DNA of 64,000 nt from a virus, in IMG/VR virus record IMGVR_UViG_3300048851_000105, positions 32,001-96,000 of that record, one strand, 5' to 3'. A program made the translations under genes and the position numbers. Below, in pieces: positions 43,194-55,974 of the stretch. The stretch's first letter is position 1; each line of letters opens with the position of its first letter. The notes under the pieces were generated by a model, which did not search any database, was not told the DNA's origin, and saw only the letters and a program-made list of their open reading frames with translations.

Positions 43194-46100
43194 CAAGTTC
43201 CCGAAGTCCTATGTGCTCGATCGCATCGAAGCACGTAAGGGCTCGCTGACCATCAAGATCGACGCCGACGAGCGCCGCCTCGCGGACTGGAAGCAGCGCC
43301 AAGAAGCCGCCCTCGACAGCGCTTTCGAGCAGAACAAGGCTCACGTCGAACAGGCCGCCTCGCGTCTGAGGAAGGCCGAGAAGGCCTACGCCAAGGCAGA
43401 CGGATACGACGCCAAGCGACAGGTGCTCACCGACCACTTCAAGTCGTGGTCGCCGACGTACACCGTGGGCATCGATGACCGCCTTAGTCGCTACGACGAC
43501 GAGAACTCCCCGGGCAAGGTGGCGAAGCGACTGAAGGAGTACCGCACTGAGTACAGCGATATCGAACACGCGCGACTGCACCTCCAGGAGATGCCGGTCG
43601 ACGAGTTCACCATGGCCACGCTGCGCAGCCTCGGACTGCTCTCCGTCCTGAAGTTCGACCTCGCCTCGGCCCGGGAGCAGGAGAAGGGCCGATGACGACT
43701 CCCGTCCCGGTCAACACCCCCGAGGCGGCACGCTACTACGGCGTCCCGGAGGGCTCTTCCTACCTCACGGAGGAAGGGCTTCAGGGTGCTGGGCTGCGAC
43801 TCATCACGGCAGAGTCCTCCGTCCCGACCGAGGTCCTGGAGAGGTTCCTCCAGACGTCGAAGACGCGCAGCAACTCGCTGCGCTACGACATCAGTACCAA
43901 CCTGAAGCGCGCGATCGACGCTGCGGATGCTCTCTCACGGGAGCAGCAGGCCATCCTGGAGTTCGAGGCCGTGCTCGCTGAGCGCAGGTTCGCGGCGAAG
44001 CAAGCCCGTGACGAGCATCCGAAGGAGATGTCCCTCGACGCGCTGCGTTCTCGTCTTCTCGATCTCTCTGAGAGGATCGGGCTCCGTTCAGACCAGGAGG
44101 CGCTCTCAGAGGCTCTCAGTCGACTGGGGAGCCTGGACGAATGATCGAGATACCGCTCTGGGCGGCGTTCGTGCTCGTGGGCATCGGAGCCATTGCGCTC
44201 TTCCTTCTCGTCGTCGCGATCGTCATCATCGTGATCGCAGCGCGGAAGGGCGCCAAGCGCCGCCGTGAGCGCCTGGAGGCGGAGAAGTCATGAACAAGCA
44301 CGCAGCCATCCGGCGGCTGAACCTCGCGCAGAAGGAGCGCGGCGTCCAGCGCAAGAAGGAGAGCCTGGCCGAGGCGACTCTGACCAAGCAGAAGATCGAG
44401 GACACGCTCGCGAGCCTGGAAGCCGATCTCGGGCACTTCAAGACCATGATGCTCCTGGAGGGCACCGACCCTCTCTACGACGCTCTGCCGAGCGCTGAGG
44501 GCCCTCTCCGGACGTTCTACGCCACCTTCGGCGCAGGATACCGTCAGGGGAATTACACGGAGGACGGCCAGGTCGCCAACAAGCACTCGATCTACCCCGA
44601 CTACGTCACAGGCCTCGGGTGGCTTCAGGTCGAAGCACCCTCGCACGCCCACGCGAGTGCTCTCATGTGGGTCGTCTTCGGCAAGGAGTTCTCGTCGGTC
44701 TACGACCACGACCCCAACGAGAAGGCGATCGACTGGTCGAAGAACTACGCGCAGTGGCCGCTGGGGCCCTACCCCCTGCGATCGTTCGGGCTCTTGTCCT
44801 GGTCCGGCTCCCTGGAGTTCTACGTCCTCGACTCGTGGGGCAACACCCTCAGGACGGTGAAGGTCGCATGACCGGCTACGTCGTTGTGAACGCGTCGGGC
44901 TCCTATCGGCCGACCTGGAACCCGTTCGGGAAATTCGAGCCCTCGAAGTGGGGAACGGTCGACGAGCAGATCGCCGAGGCCACCGCAGCGAATCTTCGAG
45001 CGCACTCCTCGATCGATCACACGTCCCAGGACCTCTGGACGATGGCTTCCGACTGCGGCCACACCGACCCCTGTGATGACGACACTCGCTTCAGGGGCGT
45101 CGAGGAACTCATCGACTCGACCTGGGAGCGTGACAACGTCAACGGTCTCTCGTGGAAGGACGGCGATGCGTTCTACGACGCCAGGCGGGCCTCTCGTCGA
45201 ACCATCTGGAGCGCCGTCTTCATGGACGAACTCGACAGCGCCTACCACGACATCCACGACGGCGGCGTCTGCCTGAAGAAGTATCAGGGCACGTGCTGCA
45301 TGGGCTGCACCGAGGGAGATGAGGACTTCGGCTTCGAGGTGGGAGCGTGTCAGCGACAGGAACGCGCTCGTGAGTCCTTCGACGAGTTCTGGGACGCCTT
45401 CAGCGTCGACGCAATCGAGTACCTGAGGAGCAGACGATGATCCACGGAGGCATCGTCCCGACGCGGGGTACGAGGTCGGAGAGCATCGTCATTCCGAGAG
45501 GATTCCTCCTGTCTGCGGAACAGAAGGAACTCTCTGAGATTCAGGACGCTCTCTCCATGCTGGGCGGATTTCACAACGTCACTCTGTGGGAGAACAAGGA
45601 CTACCCGACGCAGGGCCAGATCATCGAAGTCGAGTACGGCGTTCCCTGCATCACCACACTTGTGCGGTGACCGTTACTCAGGTAACGTAGTAGACACAGA
45701 CTAATCCTGGAGAGGATTCAAGAAATGACTGAGACCAAGGTCCAGCGCAGCGAGTACGTCCCATTCGTCGACCACACGCTCAACGACGAGATCATCCAGC
45801 AGGCGTGCAAGAAGGTCGGCTACTCGGGCGACCAGCCCCCCGCGGCCATGCGAGAGTTCGCATGGGCTCTCATCGAAGCGATGCGGGAAACCACGGACTA
45901 CCAGCGCGTCGTCACGTACACCAGCGGAAGCGGCTGGAAGGACCCCGACTACGAGCACAGTGCTCTGCACTCCTTCCCCATCGGCGCCGAGGTTCGATAC
46001 TCAGACACCGCGTTTGAGTTGTGGCCCAAACTCCCCCCGAGGACCTACATCGTCACGGGATACCCCACTCCGTCTCTGCATGACGTCTCCTTGGAGGGAG

Positions 46101-47361
46101 AGCCTCGACCGGTCGGAGAGAACTGGCTCACCTGGGCCTCCGACGAGGAGCGCGCGAAGTGGGTGCCGGAAGCATGAGCGCCTTCATCGACTGTGTCGTC
46201 TGCCGCAAGCGCATCGTCTACACCGACAACTACGGTGACGATCGCGGCATGAGCGATGCCGACCTCCGGAAGTGGTTCCGCGCTCGGGGCTGCACGGTGG
46301 CTCCCACTCGGTGCCCCGACCACGCGCGGGACAAGGGCGTAGCGGCCGCACGGCGCTCTCTCGCGGCCTGCGCGGCCGAGCACGACCCCACGCCCTGGAT
46401 GACCTACCAAGGGATCGCTCTCGGCGGCGGAGGCGTCTTCAACGCAGGCGGCTCCTCCAGCGGCAAGCAGACTCTCTCGCCGCGGAAGGAATTCTGCCAA
46501 GAACCCTCGCACTACTGGTACCTCCCTGAGCGGAAGAAGGTCGAAGCATGAGCCCCAATCCCTACGCCGCCGCGCTGGAGGAACTCCTCGGCAAGGTCGA
46601 CGGCACAGGGTCCAACGACCAGGGCCAGCGCCGTGGCATTCGCCGGGCCATCACAGAGGTAGAGCGAGTCTGGGAGGAGCAGCATGCCGATCAAGCCGCT
46701 GACTAAGCCTCAGTTCGAGTTCCTCGTCCATCTCTGTCGCCCGGAAGGTAGGCACACCGGTGGCGACTGGGGAGAAGAATCCTATTGGCTCTGTGATGGC
46801 TACGAGCGGCGATGGCTCCTGAAGTTTGAGGAACTCGGATTCATGGAGCGCGGGCTGAGGCGATACAGACACAATCCCGAGTCGTACGAGGTGTTCCGCG
46901 TCACTGAGAAGGGGCTCCAGTACCTCTACTCGAACGGCATCGAGAGCCGCAAGCAGTACCGAGCGCGGCGCCGTGCTCAGGGCAAGGCCGAGCGGGAGGA
47001 GAGCGCCGCACGACGTCAGGTCGCCGTCGAGAAGAACCTCGGGGAACTCGACGACTTCCTTGCGCAGATCGAGGCGGGGGAGCGATGAGTCGCGAGTGGG
47101 TCGACGACATGAAGCCGCGGCCTCGTCGCGGGCCAGACACTCGCGATCGTCGCTGGGTGATGCGCTGTGACGTCGGCGTGTTCGATGGAAAGCGGTGCCA
47201 GACAGAGAGCGAGCCGCCCTCTCGGAAGCAGCCTGACCTGCTCGCGTTCGTGCTGGAGGGCTGGTTCATCGCCAAGGTGCACGGGGACATCTGTCCGGCC
47301 TGTCTCGAAGACGGTGTCAAGCCGAAGCGAGAGCCACATCGCCTGATGCAGTTCGCATGAT

Positions 47362-47394
47362 GAAGGCCCCGGTGCCGAAGCACCGGGGCCTTTC
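47362..47394. terminator. Bidirectional terminator between convergent genes
   Basis: GAAGGCCCCGGTGC-CGAA-GCACCGGGGCCTTTC. Confidence 0.8.
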
Positions 47395-47418
47395 GTCCGC
47401 CCAAGCCGGTAGGCGTGG

Positions 47419-48450
47419 TTAGAACGTACCGGCGTTCAGTCGCTTCTGCAACTGCGTGACCGTCTTGGGTCCCCAGACGCCGTCCTGCTCCACCTTCAGG
47501 TAGCGCTGGAGGGCCTTCCGGGTCTTGTCGCCGATGATGCCGTCCTGTGCGACGCCGACCTTCTTCTGGATGGCCTTGATCGTCTGCGGGCCGACCTTGC
47601 CGTCGACGTCGATGAGCATGACCGTCTGCATGCGTCGTGTGGTCGCCTCGCCCCACACGCCATCGACGACGAGGCCTTGCACTGCGGGCTTCGGCTTCGA
47701 GGCGGTGGGCTTCTTGACGGCCTGGAGCGCTGCCCAGGTCTTCGGGCCGACGATGCCGTCGTCGTCCAACTTCCGACTGCGCTGGAATGCCTTCACCTGA
47801 GCACGGGTGTCCGGTCCGTAGATGCCGTCGCTGTCCGTCTTGAACCCGGCCGCCGTGAGCAGGGACTGGATCGTGCGGATGGCGTAGCCGTTGAACGTCC
47901 CGCTAGGGGTCGAGGTCGCCTCGCCGCCGGACTGGATCGGAGTCGCGACTCCGCCCTTCCCGGCCAGTTCCCGAGCGCGTGTGACGATCCAGTCGAGGTC
48001 CATGCCGCCGGGGCACGCCGTGGCGTACGAGGCGCCGTAGCGGCTGTAGACCTCGCGGTGACCGATGACGTGCTTCCGGTCGATCGGGATGCCGTATCGC
48101 TTCGACCAGTCGACGACGATGCGCGCGAGCATTTCGTGCGTCTTCGGGCTCAGCGGCCAAGAGCCACCGGCCGAGGAGTTGCACGCCTCGATCGTGAGCG
48201 AGCGCGAGTCCCACTTCGGGCTGGAGAGCGACCAGGCCCGCATCTTCTCGTCGACGACGGAGGCGAACTGAGCGTCCTTCACGACGCCGTGCGCGGAGAC
48301 CTTGCGGCCGCCGGGCATCATCATCGCGACGACACCGGAGAACGACGTCGACGCGGCGTGGTGCAGGATGATGTGGTCGAGGGGCTTGAACGTCCGGGCG
48401 CTCTGCTCGGACGTCTTGTTCACCTGAGTGGCGAGACCTGAGCGCGTCAT
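47419..48450 (-). CDS. Endolysin: N-acetylmuramoyl-L-alanine amidase with peptidoglycan-binding repeats
   Basis: IILHHAA, VSAH, RAWS, SLTIE, VIGHRE, TACPG; repeated DGIYGPDT / DGVWG / DGIIG. Confidence 0.9.
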   Translation of the reverse strand: MTRSGLATQVNKTSEQSARTFKPLDHIILHHAASTSFSGVVAMMMPGGRKVSAHGVVKDAQFASVVDEKMRAWSLSSPKWDSRSLTIEACNSSAGGSWPLSPKTHEMLARIVVDWSKRYGIPIDRKHVIGHREVYSRYGASYATACPGGMDLDWIVTRARELAGKGGVATPIQSGGEATSTPSGTFNGYAIRTIQSLLTAAGFKTDSDGIYGPDTRAQVKAFQRSRKLDDDGIVGPKTWAALQAVKKPTASKPKPAVQGLVVDGVWGEATTRRMQTVMLIDVDGKVGPQTIKAIQKKVGVAQDGIIGDKTRKALQRYLKVEQDGVWGPKTVTQLQKRLNAGTF

Positions 48451-48635
48451 TCGTCTTCCTCCGTCTCGGTCGGCTGGCCGTCCGCGGCGTCGTCCTCGTG
48501 GCTGCCGTCGTACGGGTCGTTGGGGTCGAGGGCTCGCTTCTGGAGTTCCACGACTTCGAGTTCGCGCGCCAGTTCCTCCGCGCTCACCGAATCTTCTTCC
48601 TCGATGCCGGAGACCGGCTCTTCCTCAGTAGTCAT
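48447..48635 (-). CDS. Small acidic protein translationally coupled to the endolysin
   Basis: 62 aa, very E/D-rich; ATGA overlap with the lysin start. Confidence 0.5.
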   Translation of the reverse strand: MTTEEEPVSGIEEEDSVSAEELARELEVVELQKRALDPNDPYDGSHEDDAADGQPTETEEDE

Positions 48636-49126
48636 GCGCACAGAGTAACGGTTCCCGCCGACATACGGGTGACTGTGCGACGATGATCCTGTGCACCCGA
48701 GCCTGGATCGTGACGCAGCGATGTGCCTCACTCGTATCGGCAATCGTGTGTGCACGGCTGGTGCAGGTCATCCGAGTCGACATCGACTGACTCCCCTCGC
48801 CGCTCCCGGCGTGAAGACCTACCGCGACTTGGCTGACCGAGGGTTCCGCCGCGGCACGATCGTGCGGAAGATGGCGGCCACGGGCAACCAGGGGAACAAG
48901 ATTCGGGGCGTGGCTCTCCGCCTGGAGTTGATATACGACGACGGAGTGGTCATTGCACGCTCGATGACGGTCGGTCAGGTGCGTACGCTCAACGCCGATC
49001 AGTTGCTCGCGGACTACGTCCTCGACATCTAAGCATGGGAAAATGGGGGGTTTTCCGGTATGCTCCGGGAGCATACCGCTTGACCCGATGATGCGCGCGG
49101 CACAGTTACGGTGGTAACCTCCCCTC

Positions 49127-49564
49127 ATGAAAACTCAGGCCTTCACCGACACGCTCACCGTCCTCTCGTGCTCGAACTGCTCGCTGCCGTTCGGCATCTC
49201 GAAGCATTTCGAGACTCAGCGTCGTCGAGATCACGAATCCTTCTACTGCCCGCGCGGCCACAGTCAGTATTTCCCTGGAAAGTCAGACGTCGAACTGGCC
49301 GAGGAGCGAGCCGCCGCGGCCGAGCGTCAAACGAAGTTCGCCCGCGCGCGGGCAACGGCGGCGCAGGACCAGGCCGAGGCGCACCGACGCACCTCGATCG
49401 CGCTGAAGGGCCACCTCACACGTGCTCGGAACAAGATCGCCAACGGCGTCTGCCCGGTCGCTGGCTGCAAGCGCCACTTCGACAACGTGCAGAACCACAT
49501 CGCTCGGATGCACCCGGACTGGCACCTCACCGACCCGGAGACCGGCATGGCGGTCAAGCCGTAG
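49127..49564 (+). CDS. Zinc-finger/coiled-coil protein
   Basis: CSNC, CPRGH, coiled coil, CPVAGC..H...H. Confidence 0.6.
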   Translation: MKTQAFTDTLTVLSCSNCSLPFGISKHFETQRRRDHESFYCPRGHSQYFPGKSDVELAEERAAAAERQTKFARARATAAQDQAEAHRRTSIALKGHLTRARNKIANGVCPVAGCKRHFDNVQNHIARMHPDWHLTDPETGMAVKP

Positions 49565-49809
49565 CGAATCACAGGCATGCAGAAGGAATTTCTCGGAGAG
49601 ATCATCGGCGGACCGCTCGACGGCCAGACGATGACTCTCCTCTTGGAGGAGAGCGCCACCCACTTCTTCGTGTTCGAGCACGAAAGTCCGAACGTGGATA
49701 ATCGTATGCCGAGGGTGGGGAAGAGGCGCTTCGATATCGAGGTCTCGTTCGACACCCACACTCTCCCCTACCGCTTCATCCCCACCGACGACGTCCAGGA
49801 GGTCCTCCC

Positions 49810-50040
49810 GTGAGCACTGACACCATCGAGCGCGAGAAGGTGCTCCCCAAGACGGCCGAGCCCGGCGACCATGAGAAGTTCTCGCACTACGTCCGGCGCG
49901 AGGACATCCTGCGCAGCCAGGTCGACGGCGTGCCCGCGGTCGCGCTCTGCGGCAAGGAGTGGAACCCCACCTCCGACCCCGAGAAGTACCCGGTCTGCCC
50001 GGAGTGCAAGGCGGCCTGGGAGGCTCTTCGCGACGAGTAG
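49810..50040 (+). CDS. DUF3039-family protein
   Basis: PGDHEKFSHYV..VALCGKEW.P..DPEKYPVCPECK. Confidence 0.85.
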   Translation: MSTDTIEREKVLPKTAEPGDHEKFSHYVRREDILRSQVDGVPAVALCGKEWNPTSDPEKYPVCPECKAAWEALRDE

Positions 50041-53000
50041 TTGCACTAGGCACCGTAACTGTAGTAACCTAAGGACATGACTACCATCCTCGAAGACGAC
50101 ATGACGCAGACCGACCAGGAGGGATATCCTCCGGCGACTGCCACGATCACCCTGCGTAAGGGTGAGTTCGTCATCCGCGACGACATCTCGGCGCCGGTGA
50201 ACCTCCTCGATCTCAGCGTCGCTCACCTCATGAAGCAGGGGCTCGACCACGCGTTCGCCTTCGCGATCCTCAGCGAGCGGCTCCGGCTCTACGCCAACGG
50301 GTCCGCCAGCCTCGGCTACGGCATCACGGCGACGATCGAGGGCCACCTCGGAGGTCACAGTGGCTGAGGACGGGCGGGCCGTGCTCTTCATCCAGCACGA
50401 GGACCTCCGCGGCGGCTTCGCGATGGACGTCTTCGACGAGAAGGACGACGACGGCCGCGATCCTCACCTGCGTGCCGAGCAGATGTGGGACATCGTGAAG
50501 AACGACTGGCCGGGCGCGATCCACGCCATCGGCATGAACGATCGCGCACGTCTCCTGATGCGGAATCGCCGCATGCGGGACATGGGCATGACCGGACCCG
50601 AGTGGCAGGACGAGAACATCGGCACCCCGGAAGGAGCCCCCCTTGCCTGAGGACACTCGCATCGACGCTGTGATCGGCTCGGGGCAGTCTGTCGTTCCGA
50701 AGCCGAGAGTCATCCCGGAGGAACTGCTCGAATCCTCGGAAGGAGAGCGTGACCTCTACACGTGGCACGAGCCCATTCCAGAGGACGACACCAGTGACCT
50801 GCTTATCGGTCTGACCGACGCGATGTTCGACCGGCGACAGACCCAGTCGCACATGACGGGCGTCTCGACTGGCCGCCGAGCACTCGCGGAAGAGATTCTC
50901 GAACTCATCCGCACGGAGTCGTCGAAGGAGTTGATCGTCTCGGGCGGCCGTCTCACTCTGAAGTTCGACGCCGAGAAGGTGCTCGGCACCGTCGTTCAAT
51001 CCCTCCAGGACCGCAACAAGCGGTAGGTCTCGGAACGCACAGCGTGGTAGAAACGAGTCACCACACTCCGAAGGGACCACCATGGACCTCTACATCGACC
51101 ACGTCTTCGAGACGAAGGACAGCCGAGACGAGGGGCGCCAGATTCGCATCGTCTCTCGGGAGGGCGAAGACGACCAGGCGCGTCCGCGCTACCAGTACGT
51201 CACCGTCAAGAACCCGTCGAACCCCGACCGCGTGGGCAAGACGGGGCTCATCTCTCAGCACACGCTCGACTCCTCGTGGACGCGAATCGACTGACATGGA
51301 TGTGCGCTCCCACGCTCGTCAGTGGTTCGAGCGACTCTGCTTCTACTGCCACGTGCTCTGCAACAGCCCTGAGGGCCTGCGGGAGCACGTGGCACTGTCG
51401 CACCCGGACTCGGCTCGTGAGGGCCGCTACCAGGCGCAGGAGGCTGCGCAGTGACGCGTAAGCATCCGACCCCGGCTCAGCAGTTCGAGAGTGCCTTCGA
51501 GAGGCAGAATCGCCGCAACCGAATCGAGAATCGCATCCGCATTGCTCGGTATCTGGTCGTTATCGCGATCCTGATGGTGTCCTCCACGGCTCTCGGTTGG
51601 GGATGGGGCTACAACTCTCGTGTCGCCGAGGAGTGCACGTCCCGCGATGGTGTGTGGAACTCCACCACTCAGACGTGTATCGGACCAGATGGAGAAATCT
51701 CCATGGTGGGTGCTCCGTAGCGATTCAGCGGCGTATCACAGGCATGACTGATTCACAGAACAAGAGCGCCGGAGAAATCCTCGCAGAACTCGGCACGGAC
51801 GCAGCCAAGTGGTCCGCAGGCCTGAACGCCCAACTCCTCGAACAGCACGGCCTCGTGCTCGGCGACGAGGTGCAGCAGACGATCCTGGAGTGGTTCGCCA
51901 ACGCCATCGAGTCCGGTCGATCGGCCGGAGTGTCATCGCACATCGTGATCCCGGCTCCTGAGAAGGCTCTCGGCGCCTACGACATGGGCGACGCCGTCGA
52001 GATCAAGGTGCTCGGCGCCTGGACGCCCGGACGGGTATCCTCCGTCGATCGCATCTCCAACCGCGTGCACGTCGACACCGACCTCGGCCCGAAGACGATC
52101 GCGAGCACGCGCGGCATCCGGATTCGAGTGGCGCAGTAGTGGGCGTCTTCGGAGAGAAGGCCTCGGCCGAGGAGCAGACCGCGATCAAGATTCGTCCGGT
52201 GTTGGCCGAGTCGCTGAAGGGCTACCTCAGGGGCCGGGCGATCACCGAGGAGATCGCCGCAGAGTGGGCCTCACTGGAGGTGGGTCGACACGTCGCGCAC
52301 CACGAGAACCACGTTCGAGAACTCACCTCGGCCGACACGAGCGAAGAGAGCGACGACTACCAGCGTGAACTCTCACGCCGGTCGATGACTCGCTGGATCG
52401 TCACCGGCTCGGTGATCATCGCGTTCTTCGCGTCCGTGAGCGTGCAGTTCTTCACGCCATGAGCAAGCGGTACTACGACGCCGACAAGGTCGACATCTAC
52501 TTCCGCTCGGTGCTCTCCGGGCTCTCCGACTCGGTCAATGCTCGCCTGGCCGTCGTCCAGAGCACCGAAGACCCCGAGGTCAAGCGGCTGAAGGAACTGG
52601 GCATCATCGTCCGGCGCTTCTCCACGGACATGCGCCGAGCCGAGGTGACGGTCCTCGACGAGGACGACGTCGCGATCGAGCCGGAAGGCGAGAAGTCATG
52701 AACAAGCAGACGCGCGCGCTGGTCAACGAGATCAGGCAGGCGCTGGAGGCCCGCGGGGTGCGCGTCCATGTGCACCCCGCGGTCACGACGTCGTCCTGCT
52801 ACATCACCCTCGACAACGGCGTGCTGAAGAAGATTCGGGTGGGCGACCACAAGGGCCGCGGCTACCAGTACACCTACGAGATCGGCCCTCACGTCAAGCC
52901 CCCGTTCGTGGTCGAGAACGAGTACCAGGGGCACTCCTACACTCGATATCGCTACACCGAGGGGCAAGTCTCCGCGCTCGTGCACCAGGTCCTCAGCATG

Positions 53001-53733
53001 CGCTCGAACCTCCGCGGGAAGTACGGCCGAGAGGCCTACCAGCGGTACGTCGAGAACGGCGGACACCAGGCCCAGAGAGCGCGCAGGAGCGTATCACAGG
53101 CATGACGACAGCACTCGTACTCCGCACGACCGACTCTCGCGCCACCGACTGGTGGAAGGCGACCCGGGAGGCCCTCGAACAAGATCGACTGAAGCGCGTG
53201 GCGCTCATCGACGAACTCACCGAGACGTACGGTCCCGGTAGCCGCGGTGGTCGACGAATCCTCTACGTCTTCACCGACTGGATGGGTACGGACACTCCCA
53301 CCGGCATGGAGGCCGTGGGCACCGAGTGGATCGAGTTCCCCGCCGGGTGGCGCTTCGACCCGAAGAAGCGCCATCTCGTTCCGGCCCTCCGCACCGAAGA
53401 GGGCAAGGCCCTCGCACGGCGCCTCGCGGAGGCCGCAGGACACCCGTGGCGGCAGTCCTCGCCCACGGTGGGAATCCCGCACGATCTTCGCATCGAGCGC
53501 GCTGACAAGGGCGGAGAGCACGTCTACAACGCAGGCATCTCCTACGACGTGGAGAACGAGATTCTCTACCAGTTGTGGGGCTCGGCCAAGGTCTACCCGG
53601 CCCTCGCTGACGCGCTGGCCAACTCTGGCATCGAGTGGACCGAGGTCCCGCAGTCGGAGTGGGTCGCCATCGACGAGCGCCTGTCCCAGTCCGATCAGGG
53701 CTGAAGTACCATTTCAAGAAACGAGGGGGACCA

Positions 53734-54057
53734 TTGCCAGCAGTGAACATGAGCGCTCGATGGAGAGACGAAGGCTACTGCGTTCAGTCGATCGCTACCG
53801 ACCCAGAGATGGCGGACGGGATGCTCTCGAAGACCTCCCCCAGCCACACCCGCGCACGACGCGCGTGCGAGGAGTCCTGCCGCGCTCGCATCGACTGCCT
53901 TCTCGACGCGATTCGGGACGAGAAGGCCGAAGGTCTCCGCGGAGGATTCTTCTTCGAGAATGGCGGCGTCAGCAGCAAGGACGGCCGGAAGATCGCCGAC
54001 GAGTTCGGCATCAAGGTGCGCATCGGGCGAGGCAAGCGACAGATGAGCGCAGCGTGA
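53734..54057 (+). CDS. WhiB-family transcription factor (divergent)
   Basis: WRDEGYC..ARRACEESCRARIDCLLDA..GLRGG; basic C-terminus. Confidence 0.7.
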   Translation: MPAVNMSARWRDEGYCVQSIATDPEMADGMLSKTSPSHTRARRACEESCRARIDCLLDAIRDEKAEGLRGGFFFENGGVSSKDGRKIADEFGIKVRIGRGKRQMSAA

Positions 54058-54100
54058 CGTGGCCCGTCGCGGGAAGTACACGACATGCTCGGAAGGACAC

Positions 54101-54925
54101 ATGACGCTCACAGTGAGTTGGAGCCAACTCCGACTGTTCGAGGAGTGCCGCCAGAAGGTCACCCTCCTGCGTGCCGGGAAGCGGAAGAGCGGCGCCGACG
54201 CGCGCGTCTTCTTCCCCGGCACGGTCGTCGACCGAGTGGTGCGTGACTGGCTCCTGACGAAGCCTGGCGACAGCGACCTTGGGCAGATGCCGGACATGGT
54301 TGACGAGATCATGGAGCGCGAGGAACGCCTGCTCACCGAGGACGAGGATCGCATCGTCCGGTGGAAGGACGCATCCGACAAGGCGAAGGTCCGTGCGGAC
54401 TGCGTCGAGGCTGTCACGAAGATCGAGCCCGCGCTCGTGCGCTACGTGCTCCCCTACGAGTATCAGGTCGATTACCGCTTCCGCACCGCTCTCGATGTCC
54501 CCTACCACGATGAGATGGTGCGCATCCTGCTCATCGGCGCGATGGACATCACCGTCCACAACCCGGTCGCCGATTGGTGGATGAACCTCGACGTCAAGAT
54601 GACGCGCGACAACCAATACTGGAAGAAGACTCAGGGCCAGTTGACCTTCTACGATCTCCAGACCGAACTGGAGCACGGCAAGCCGACGAAGGCCACGGCT
54701 CTGCTCCAGCCTCTGTGCACGCAGCAAGTGAAGCCCATCCCCATGACGGCGCAGGGGCGGCAGGAGATGTTGGCCCACATCTCGACGTTCGTGACGGCGA
54801 TCCTCGACAACGACATGCCCGTCACGAAGAAGCCGTCCCAGTGCATCTACTGCGACTTCAAGCACGCCTGCCCGAAGTTCGCGCCCGTGCTCGACGACCG
54901 TGGGAAGAAGACGATCGCGTACTGA
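54101..54925 (+). CDS. Cas4-like PD-(D/E)XK exonuclease
   Basis: SWSQL..FEEC, GAMD, LDVK, QLTFY, CIYCDFKHAC. Confidence 0.85.
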   Translation: MTLTVSWSQLRLFEECRQKVTLLRAGKRKSGADARVFFPGTVVDRVVRDWLLTKPGDSDLGQMPDMVDEIMEREERLLTEDEDRIVRWKDASDKAKVRADCVEAVTKIEPALVRYVLPYEYQVDYRFRTALDVPYHDEMVRILLIGAMDITVHNPVADWWMNLDVKMTRDNQYWKKTQGQLTFYDLQTELEHGKPTKATALLQPLCTQQVKPIPMTAQGRQEMLAHISTFVTAILDNDMPVTKKPSQCIYCDFKHACPKFAPVLDDRGKKTIAY

Positions 54926-55530
54926 TAGCGTTGTCCTCCATACGACCGACAAAGTGGCCCTATCGCTGCGGCAGGTTACGGGAGTATCATCGCACTCAGT
55001 GACCCCCTGAATGGGGCCTAGACGGGGTTGGGGATATGGCCGATATGCGTGTGCAGGAACTGTTCACGGAGTCTTCCGTCGAGATGCGCAGAGTCATCCC
55101 TGGTGACATGAGCGTCGACCTGCGCGACCGGCATATCGAGCACGTGGTGGCCGACCTCGCATCCAAGATCGTCCGCACCCCCGGAACGAATCCACGGGGG
55201 ATGACTGTCACGATCACCAGCGACCCGCCCACGATCGAGCGCCCTCAGCCGGACCTACTCGTGGTGGCCTCGGCGCCGATGTACGTCTAGTAGATCAGGC
55301 CGAACTGCGCCCTGAGCAAGTGCTCAATGCGCGCACCATGCTCTTGGAGATCGGTCGCCGTCGTGAGCGACAGCGGAAACCCCACATCCTCCTTGGGCAT
55401 CAGCGTTTCCTCGACGATCGCACGGTCTCTCTCAGAGAGCGTGATCCGCTGGAGTCTGCCGCGATCGTCCTCGTACGCGATCGGGATGCCTGCGACGTAG
55501 AAGATGCTCTCGGTGGTCATGGCCCGGAGC

Positions 55531-55896
55531 CTACAGGTCGATGCCGATGGCCTCGATCGATGCGCGGGCACGACGCACACGCTCGCGCGGGTTCTGCTCC
55601 TTCACGTCGGTGAGGGCGGTGTAGGCCTCTCGGATGCCTGAGCGGATGCGGTCGACGCTGACCACGTCACCCTCGGGCGGCATCTGCTCGCGGTTGGGGT
55701 AGAGGTGGTCGAGGATGTCCACCCGGTCGCCGAAGTAGCGGTAGAGCGCGCCGATCGTGACCCCGGCCCTGTCGGCCACGTCCTGGGTCGTGAAGCGGTC
55801 GCGGCCCTTCTCAGCGATGACCTCGCGAGCGGCCGTCTCGATGCGGTCGAGGCGCTCGCGAGAACGCTCGATCTTGGGGGTGGTGCGAAGAGCCAT
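55531..55896 (-). CDS. TetR-family HTH regulator (short)
   Basis: RIETAAREVIAEKGRDRFTTQDVADRAGVTIGALYRYF; AAGGA RBS. Confidence 0.85.
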   Translation of the reverse strand: MALRTTPKIERSRERLDRIETAAREVIAEKGRDRFTTQDVADRAGVTIGALYRYFGDRVDILDHLYPNREQMPPEGDVVSVDRIRSGIREAYTALTDVKEQNPRERVRRARASIEAIGIDL

Positions 55897-55974
55897 GAGA
55901 ATTCCTTACGGTCTGACTGGGGGATGCGCCGCGGCTACGGCGCCATAGTGAGAATATATCACACGTGACTGGTG

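Noticed and set aside
54101-54925. Cas4 as evidence of CRISPR-Cas
   Set aside because: Solo Cas4-like nucleases are common phage recombination genes
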